Source: Candidatus Lustribacter sp. (GTDB taxonomy: Bacteria > Vulcanimicrobiota > Vulcanimicrobiia > Vulcanimicrobiales > Vulcanimicrobiaceae). Taken from it: a stretch of DNA of 64,000 nt. The notes under the pieces are model-generated. The model was not told the DNA's origin and ran no database searches. It worked only from the letters and a program-made list of their open reading frames with translations. How positions within the stretch are numbered: position 1 is the stretch's first letter; each line of letters opens with the position of its first letter. Below, piece by piece: positions 57,722-64,000 of this stretch. The DNA lies in assembly GCA_965277805.1 (NCBI GenBank), contig OZ255842.1:2240001-2304000 (forward strand), written 5' to 3'. The position numbers were made by a program, and so were the translations under genes.

Positions 57722-58465
57722 TTAGAGGTGCTCCGCGATCCGGCACTTCCACGACTCCCACGGACGGTCGACGAAACGATCGGAATGCGCGCCCATGCGT
57801 TGCAGCTCGAAGGCGTTGAGGTAGTTCGGGCTTGGTCCCAGCTTGAGCGCATCGAGCACCAGACGTGCGTTGACTTCGGTGTAAATCGCGCGAAAGACCA
57901 GTTGCGGAAGATTGGCGGCGACGACCGTCTCGCCGTGCCCGCGCATCAGCACTACCGGTCCGTCGCCAAGCACCCGGGCGACGGCCGCGCCCAAAGCGTT
58001 GCTTTGGATCAACATGCCGTTGTCTTCGCCTGCCGTTGCGCGGATTTCGAACACCGGCACGGGGCCGCGCAAGAAGCCGGCCTGATGGCAGATCGCGCGC
58101 AACGGCACATCGCTGACACCGAACGGGATTACGCCGGGCGAGTGCGTGTGCACGACGCACTGCACGTCGGGCCGCGCGCGGTAGATCTCGCCGTGGATAA
58201 AGCGCTCGCCGTAAAGCCGTTGGCCGTCGGGCAGCTGTTCGAGGAGCTCGCTGTTCTCATGGAGTTCGCACACGTCGGCGGCGCTAACCAAGTCGGGAGC
58301 GCGCGAGACCGAGATGAAGAAATGCTTTGGGTTCGCCGCCGAACGCACGCTGACGTGACCGTAGCCGTCGAGCACGTCCTGATCGGCCAGGATGCGATTC
58401 GCGACCACGAGATCGGCGATGCGGTCCGCATCTTCGGCCGTCACGGCGGCACGGTTAGAGAGCAT
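57722..58465 (-). CDS. class II aldolase/adducin family, HMPD-decarboxylase-like subgroup
   Basis: LVVANRIL, DGYGHVSVR, ERFIHGEIY.ARPDV, VHTHS, LMRGHG. Confidence 0.88.
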   Translation of the reverse strand: MLSNRAAVTAEDADRIADLVVANRILADQDVLDGYGHVSVRSAANPKHFFISVSRAPDLVSAADVCELHENSELLEQLPDGQRLYGERFIHGEIYRARPDVQCVVHTHSPGVIPFGVSDVPLRAICHQAGFLRGPVPVFEIRATAGEDNGMLIQSNALGAAVARVLGDGPVVLMRGHGETVVAANLPQLVFRAIYTEVNARLVLDALKLGPSPNYLNAFELQRMGAHSDRFVDRPWESWKCRIAEHL

Positions 58466-59399
58466 TGGGCGCGATCAGGTCCTTGGCGGCAAACGCTTTC
58501 GGAATAGCGCCGTACCTCGCCGATGCGTCGATCAGCGGCTGAATCATCGCCCCATCGAGCTTCAACGCGAACACGGTGCGCGCCATCGTCGGGCTGACGG
58601 CGACCTTGGTATACTTCGTGATCAGCGCGCCCGATTCGCTCTGCTGCGTGTTCGCCCAGGCGGCCGTCTGCGCCATCGCTTTCTGAAAGCGCTTCACAAT
58701 GTCGGGATGGGCTTGCGCCCACGCGCCGGACGCAAACCAGCCGCCGATGAGGAAATCGTTCGCGATGCCGTTGAAGCAGGCGGCGAGCACGCGCACCGTG
58801 CCCGCCGACACGGCCGCGCTAAGCGAGGGTTCGGCGATCACCGCGGCGTCGATGCGCCCCACGTTGAGAGCGTCCGGCATCTGCGGAAACGGCATTTCCA
58901 CGAATTTGATCGACGCCGGATCGACACCGTTTTGCGCGAGCCAGGCATACGCGCCGACTTGGGTGATGTTCTTCACCCCGTTGCCGGCGACGATCCTCCC
59001 GGTCAAGTCCTTGGCGGCTTTGTACGGTGATTTCGCGCCCACCACGAGTTCCGCCGACGGCGCCTTGCTCGAGTACTGTCCGGCTCCGGCGATCAGCACC
59101 ACGTCAGTTCCGGCCGCATGCGCGGCGCAGAGCGACACCAGGTTCGATTGCGCAATGTCGATCGAGCCGGCGAGTACGGCGGCCACGATTGCGGCGCCGT
59201 TGGAAACAACCTGAATGTCGCCGTCGAGGCCATTAGCCTTGAGAAACCCTTTGTCTTCCGCCATGAAGATTTGCGCGTCGGACGGCGGCGTCGCGACCCT
59301 GATCGTTGTCAGGGCTTGCGCCTCCGCCTCACACGCCTTAACGGCGCCGTACGGCAGCAGCGCCGTCAGTGCCAGCCTCGCAAAGTGCCGCCGCTTCAC
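58455..59399 (-). CDS. SsuA/NMT1-type ABC substrate-binding protein
   Basis: VKRRHF Tat-like signal, NGAAIVAAV, FVEMPFP, RIDAAVIAEP. Confidence 0.87.
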   Translation of the reverse strand: MKRRHFARLALTALLPYGAVKACEAEAQALTTIRVATPPSDAQIFMAEDKGFLKANGLDGDIQVVSNGAAIVAAVLAGSIDIAQSNLVSLCAAHAAGTDVVLIAGAGQYSSKAPSAELVVGAKSPYKAAKDLTGRIVAGNGVKNITQVGAYAWLAQNGVDPASIKFVEMPFPQMPDALNVGRIDAAVIAEPSLSAAVSAGTVRVLAACFNGIANDFLIGGWFASGAWAQAHPDIVKRFQKAMAQTAAWANTQQSESGALITKYTKVAVSPTMARTVFALKLDGAMIQPLIDASARYGAIPKAFAAKDLIAPNAL

Positions 59400-60064
59400 G
59401 CGACGATCGCCTCGATGGTCTTGGTCAAAAACGCGCACGTGCGCTCGTCGGCTCGTTTCGCCGCCTCCGCGAAGTACTGCTCCTGGTGGGGGTTGGCAAA
59501 ACCGTGGTCGGCGCCGCTGTACACGTGCATCTCGAATTGGGGATACGGATCGAACGCCGTCGCGAATCGCTCGCGGATCTTGGGCGGCGTGAAGTGATCG
59601 CGTTCGCCGACGTGCAGCAGCGTCGGTGATGCCGAGGCCGAGACCTCGCCGAGGTAGCGGTCGATGCGCGTGCCGTAGTATGCGACGGCCGCGTCGACGA
59701 AGCCGTCGCACGCGCAGCGGTACGCGAGCGTGCCGCCGAGGCAGTAGCCGATGACGCCGGCGCGCCCATCCGACCACGGCAACGCGCGCAGTTCTGCGAC
59801 GCCGTCACGGATGTCGGCAAGCGCCGTGCCGTAATCGAGCTTCTCGTGCAGCGCGCGGGCTTGACGCTTCCCCGGATCGTCGTAGCCGAGCGCCGTTCCC
59901 GGCGCGTAGCGCCAGTACAAGTCGAACAGCAGCACGCCGTAGCCACGCGCGACGAACGTCTGAGCCAGCTCGCGCATCGCCTCGTTGACACCGAATACTT
60001 CCGGCAACATCACGAGCGCCGGGTGCGGCCCATCACGCTCGGGTGCGAACAGCAGGCCGTTCAT
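59396..60064 (-). CDS. dienelactone hydrolase family
   Basis: EVFGVN, GYCLGG, G..D, Y.GADHGF triad. Confidence 0.92.
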   Translation of the reverse strand: MNGLLFAPERDGPHPALVMLPEVFGVNEAMRELAQTFVARGYGVLLFDLYWRYAPGTALGYDDPGKRQARALHEKLDYGTALADIRDGVAELRALPWSDGRAGVIGYCLGGTLAYRCACDGFVDAAVAYYGTRIDRYLGEVSASASPTLLHVGERDHFTPPKIRERFATAFDPYPQFEMHVYSGADHGFANPHQEQYFAEAAKRADERTCAFLTKTIEAIVA

Positions 60065-61227
60065 CAGTGCGGCCGGCGTTCGAGCCATGTCTTGGCCTTC
60101 ACGTCCCACTGCGCGATGATCGCTTCGTTCGGGCCGAGCCCGCGCTGGGAGCCGTCGCTGAAATCGTAGATGCCGTCGATACCCGGGAAGCTCGTGAGGT
60201 GCACGATATAGTCGCGCACTTGCGCCGCGTTCGCCGTAGGCCCGAGCGCACGCACCGCCGCGATCACGATGCGGCCCGCATCCCACACGTTGCCGGCGCT
60301 CGAGTCGGCCTTGATCCCGGCCTTTTGCAGCGATTGCTGAAAGCCCGCGATCACCGGCCCGCTGGCGCCTTTCGTGGCCGCGCTCGCGCTGAAGTACTTG
60401 AAGCCGACGAAATACGGGCCTGGCATCCGCGGCGGCAGCGCCTCCATCTGCTGGAACGTCATGTTCGCGGTGGAGGAAAAGAGCGGAATCGTCAGCCCTG
60501 CGTCGTTATAGCCGCGCACGAGCGTGGTGAATGCAGCTCCCGAAGCCCAGCAGAAGCAGACTTGGGCGCCGGCCTGACGCAGGTGAGACATTTGCGCTGC
60601 GACGTTGAGGTCGGCCGCGTTGAAGTGATCGTTGACGACGACGTCGAGATCTTTGTTTTCGGGCAGCGCGATCGCCGCTTTGAACGCCTTCTCCGAATCC
60701 TGACCGGTCGAGTCGACCGACCAGATTGCACCGAAGTGTTTGAGCCCGATCGACCGGAAATAACGGATGGCGACGAGCTGGATGTCGCGCGCATCGATGC
60801 CCCCGGAGAACATATAACTTCCGTCCGGCGGGTGCGGGCCCGGAGACGTGCAGTACGCCACCGGACCTTGCGTGAGCACGGGCATAACCGCGAAGCAATT
60901 TTGCGTCAGGTCCGGGCCGATGAGGGCCGGCGCTTTTTCCGCCATCGCCTGGTTCACGAGTTGCAAGGCGACTTGCGGGTTGGACTGATCGTCGACAAAC
61001 GTGAAGTGCACCGTGTTCGCATTGGGTTCCGTGCTGTTGGAGATCTGCTCGAGCAGTTCCAACAACTGGCGCTGACCGTTCCCCTGGAACGCCAAGCTGC
61101 CGGTGAGCGAGAGGATCGCGGGAATCGTGATGACGGGTAGTTTGCCGAGCGCGCGCTGCGGCGGTGCCGCGGCGGTAGCGAAGACGACCAGCACGAAAAC
61201 GGCGAACGTTCGCAGCAGAGTTCTCAA
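60064..61227 (-). CDS. LivJ-type substrate-binding protein
   Basis: ILSLTG, DDQSNPQVA, F.GIDG.YDF..G.QRGL; paralog of 54843-55994. Confidence 0.87.
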   Translation of the reverse strand: MRTLLRTFAVFVLVVFATAAAPPQRALGKLPVITIPAILSLTGSLAFQGNGQRQLLELLEQISNSTEPNANTVHFTFVDDQSNPQVALQLVNQAMAEKAPALIGPDLTQNCFAVMPVLTQGPVAYCTSPGPHPPDGSYMFSGGIDARDIQLVAIRYFRSIGLKHFGAIWSVDSTGQDSEKAFKAAIALPENKDLDVVVNDHFNAADLNVAAQMSHLRQAGAQVCFCWASGAAFTTLVRGYNDAGLTIPLFSSTANMTFQQMEALPPRMPGPYFVGFKYFSASAATKGASGPVIAGFQQSLQKAGIKADSSAGNVWDAGRIVIAAVRALGPTANAAQVRDYIVHLTSFPGIDGIYDFSDGSQRGLGPNEAIIAQWDVKAKTWLERRPH

Positions 61228-61535
61228 GCCTTTACCTCCACGGTGTCATCGGTGACGCGTACGTCGTACACGCCCAGCGCGCAATCGGCCGGCGGCCCCG
61301 ACGCCTCACCCGTCCGCACATCGAAGCGGCCGGCATGCAAGGGGCACTCGATGTCGTTTCCGACCAGCAGACCGTTGGACAGCAGCGCTTGGCCGTGCGT
61401 GCAGATGTTATCGGTCGCATAGACGTTGCCGTCGACGTAGTAGACGGCGATCGATTTGTCACCGACCGTCGCCCCCACGATCCGCCGCTTGATCAGCGTC
61501 GGCAGCGAAGCGACGGTCGTCCACGCGGCGCTCAC
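61224..61535 (-). CDS. Rieske-type [2Fe-2S] ferredoxin (dioxygenase ferredoxin)
   Basis: YATDNICTHG...IECPLH.G.FD.RTG. Confidence 0.93.
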   Translation of the reverse strand: MSAAWTTVASLPTLIKRRIVGATVGDKSIAVYYVDGNVYATDNICTHGQALLSNGLLVGNDIECPLHAGRFDVRTGEASGPPADCALGVYDVRVTDDTVEVKA

Positions 61536-61545
61536 CGCGTGCGCT

Positions 61546-62820
61546 CTAGATTTCCGCTCCGGTCGGGCCTTCGCCGACGCGCGCATAGGCGGCTTGCAGG
61601 ATGCGGTTGCGATCGTCTTCGCCGATCCAGAGGTAGTCGCCGTTGCGCACGATCATGTCGTCGGCCGGGGCCGTGCGGATCACGCCCATCGGGTCCTCAC
61701 CGCGCTGCACCGCCGCAACTTGTTCGAGCAGCATCTTGCGCAGCAGCACGATGCCGTCGTCGATGATGGAGAGGTGCTCTTTGTCGCGATCGACGATCTC
61801 GCCGAGGCTCTCGAGGATCGTGCCGTCCTGTTCGGGCGCTTCGGCCGGAATCGTATAGCCGAGATCGTGCCGGCCCTCTTTGTATTCCTTGTACGGTTCG
61901 GCCTTGAGCGGCTGACCGAGACTCGTGCGCTGCTCAACCGGTGAGGCGTGCTCGCCGGTCGGACGGTAATGCACGCGAATGTGCATCGTGTGCGTGTCGT
62001 CGATCGGCACCGACCAGCGCGCGCTCGCGGCCGGCGGCCAATCCTCTTTCTGGCGGTCGTTGCCGTAGCTCACCGCCGCGTCACCGGCGAAGACGACACC
62101 CGGCATCGTGATCGGATGATCGCGGTAGTTCCACTCCCCGGCCTTGCGGCCGCCGCGCACCGCTTTGTAGATGCAGCCGTACTCGGTGCGCTCGAACCAC
62201 GCTTTCTCCGGCACGACCGTCATCGGACGCCATAAGTCGGCGTGCAAGAAGCTCACGTGGAACGGATCGATACCGTTCTCCACACCCTGCAGCCAATTGC
62301 AATCGTTGAAGTGCTGGATGATCGGATTGCGCCAGCCTTCTGCCGTGAGGATATGGAACCGCGGCAGCACCGGCACCGGCGCCGGGCCCATGTAGGCCCA
62401 CAGGCAGCCGCCGAGTTCTTCAACCGGATACGCTTTCTGCTTGATCGAATTGCGCAGTTCGTCATCGAGGTCGCCCGGCGTCTCGACCACGGTGCCTTCT
62501 TTATCGAAGAGCCAGCCGTGATAGCGACAGCGCAGCCCTTGTGCGTTCACGCGCCCGAAGCAGAGATTTGCGCGCCGATGCGCGCACAGCGAGTCGATCA
62601 AGCCCGGCTCCCCGCTTGCGGAGCGGAAGAGTACAAGGTCTTCGCCGAGCAAACGGATCAGCGTCGGTTTGTCCTTGAGATCGTCCGAGAGTGCGACGGG
62701 CCACCAGTAGCGGCGCAGCAGTTCGCCCATCGGCGTTCCCGGGCCGACGCGAGTGAGGATCTCGTTCTCTTCCGCCGTCGTGTGAAAGCGGCGCACGGCG
62801 GATTTGGTCGTCATCGTCAT
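61546..62820 (-). CDS. Rieske oxygenase (LigXa/phthalate dioxygenase-like) #4
   Basis: ENEILTRVGPGTPMGELLRRYW, CAHR...CRYHGW, ENGIDPFHVSFLH, EQD. Confidence 0.93.
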   Translation of the reverse strand: MTMTTKSAVRRFHTTAEENEILTRVGPGTPMGELLRRYWWPVALSDDLKDKPTLIRLLGEDLVLFRSASGEPGLIDSLCAHRRANLCFGRVNAQGLRCRYHGWLFDKEGTVVETPGDLDDELRNSIKQKAYPVEELGGCLWAYMGPAPVPVLPRFHILTAEGWRNPIIQHFNDCNWLQGVENGIDPFHVSFLHADLWRPMTVVPEKAWFERTEYGCIYKAVRGGRKAGEWNYRDHPITMPGVVFAGDAAVSYGNDRQKEDWPPAASARWSVPIDDTHTMHIRVHYRPTGEHASPVEQRTSLGQPLKAEPYKEYKEGRHDLGYTIPAEAPEQDGTILESLGEIVDRDKEHLSIIDDGIVLLRKMLLEQVAAVQRGEDPMGVIRTAPADDMIVRNGDYLWIGEDDRNRILQAAYARVGEGPTGAEI

Positions 62821-62849
62821 GTCGGTAGGTCGCCTTTTTGCAGGAGCGT

Positions 62850-62870
62850 GCGTTCTTCCTGATAGAACGC
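62850..62870. promoter_or_regulatory. inverted repeat GCGTTCT-N7-AGAACGC, candidate IclR operator
   Basis: Perfect 7-bp arms in the divergent gap between Rieske #4 and IclR #2. Confidence 0.6.
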
Positions 62871-62909
62871 TATTGCTGACAGTAGACCACTAAACGATAG
62901 GGCGCACGA

Positions 62910-63665
62910 GTGAGGATGTCAAGGAAGACCGAGGGCGACGAATCCGCGCCGGCCGGGGGCGTGGCCGCCGTCGACCGCGCGTTGACGATTCTGGCGGTGT
63001 TCGAGCACGCGGCCGGTCCGCTGACGCTCGGCGATATCGCGCGCGGCGCGGCGCTCTATAAGAGCACGACGCTGCGATTGCTGGCCTCGCTGTTGCGCCA
63101 TCGTCTCATCGTACGCATGGACGACGGCCGCTATCAGGTTGGGCCCGCGCTTTACCGCTTGGGCAGCCGCTTCGAACGCTCGCTGTGCATCGAAGAACAC
63201 GCAAGCCCGATCTTACAGGAACTCGCCGCGCTCACCGGCGAGAGCGTGGCATTGTATGCACGCCAGGGCGAACACCGCTTGTGTTTGCTGCGCGTGGAAT
63301 CCGCGCGCGCAATCCGGCACACGATCGACGTCGGCGAGTTGCGCCCCCTCGCGATCGGCGCCTCAGGTGCCGTGCTCCAACGCTTTGCGAACGGCTCGGC
63401 GGAAACGCCCGCGCCCGAATTTGTAACGCTCCCCGCAATGGTGCTCGGCACGCAGGACCCGGAACTCGCCGGCATGGCGATGCCGATCTTCGGCATCGGC
63501 GACACCCTCGTCTGCGCTCTCTCCATCTCCGGCCCCATGACGCGCTTCGACAGCGAATTTCTTGCAAACTCAACGCGGCTCATTATAAGCGCGGCCACCG
63601 AACTTACCGCTCGGTTAGGCGGCGACGCACAGGCCTTCTCCGCGCTTTCGTCTCGCCGCGACTAA
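62910..63665 (+). CDS. IclR-family transcriptional regulator
   Basis: GVAAVDRAL.IL, LYKST.LRLL, TGESV, GASG, ISGP..RF. Confidence 0.93.
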   Translation: MRMSRKTEGDESAPAGGVAAVDRALTILAVFEHAAGPLTLGDIARGAALYKSTTLRLLASLLRHRLIVRMDDGRYQVGPALYRLGSRFERSLCIEEHASPILQELAALTGESVALYARQGEHRLCLLRVESARAIRHTIDVGELRPLAIGASGAVLQRFANGSAETPAPEFVTLPAMVLGTQDPELAGMAMPIFGIGDTLVCALSISGPMTRFDSEFLANSTRLIISAATELTARLGGDAQAFSALSSRRD

Positions 63666-63679
63666 GTTTGTGTCATCCG

Positions 63680-64000
63680 CTACGCGCCGACGTCGACGAA
63701 GATGTCGTCGATGTTGACCATGCGCGTCGCGATGCTCTGCTCGAACAGGTATCTCGCGAGCGTTTCCAACGTCTTGCGATTCGGCTCGAGTCCGTAGACG
63801 AACGGATCTCCACCGAAGACGTCGTCGATCTCCTCGATATCCGGGATCATCCAAGGTAACATATAGCGCAGCGTGCCTTGGTAGCGCATCTTTTCGCGCG
63901 CCAGGTCCTTCGATCGCGTAAATGCGTCGAACAAGCTGCGGGCGATGAACGGATGTTCCTCATAGACCTCCCGGCGGATCACGGCAGTATGCATGATCGG
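63680..64000 (-). CDS. 4,5-dihydroxyphthalate decarboxylase-like protein, C-terminal part (truncated by window edge)
   Basis: PIMHTAVIRR...HP.IA.SL..AF, LPW, GDPF.YG.EPNR.TL. Confidence 0.85.
   Translation of the reverse strand, partial: PIMHTAVIRREVYEEHPFIARSLFDAFTRSKDLAREKMRYQGTLRYMLPWMIPDIEEIDDVFGGDPFVYGLEPNRKTLETLARYLFEQSIATRMVNIDDIFVDVGA

Overview
GC-rich, very gene-dense 64 kb bacterial region with about 66 CDS. I see no rRNA, tRNA, CRISPR array, transposase or phage gene. It is almost entirely an aromatic/N-heteroaromatic catabolic island. It holds a Dpp/Opp ABC system (convergently split), a 3-hydroxyanthranilate meta-cleavage trio (RidA-type deaminase, nbaC, ACMSD-like), four LigXa/phthalate-4,5-dioxygenase-type Rieske oxygenases with one ferredoxin, gallate dioxygenase, a PDC-lactonase-like enzyme, two 4,5-dihydroxyphthalate-decarboxylase-like genes, two class II aldolase/decarboxylases, and 13 exported solute-binding proteins with no cognate permease in the window. 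The most striking part is about 21.3-53 kb. It has three paralogous hydantoinase-B/oxoprolinase subunits, each fused to an acetone-carboxylase-gamma-like Zn domain, and two very similar hydantoinase-A subunits. It also has two signal-peptide-less binding-protein-fold proteins coupled to the B subunits, a siderophore-interacting-type flavoprotein, a non-canonical LigB-like protein and a bicupin. A 17-bp AT-rich pseudo-palindrome (TTAAAAYYVRMTYYYRT) occurs in five promoter regions there, next to an IclR gene, and appears to tie the block together. This looks like an uncharacterised multi-subunit ATP-dependent amidohydrolase/carboxylase regulon. Its substrate cannot be read from the sequence. All calls come from motif recognition by eye; no database search was run.
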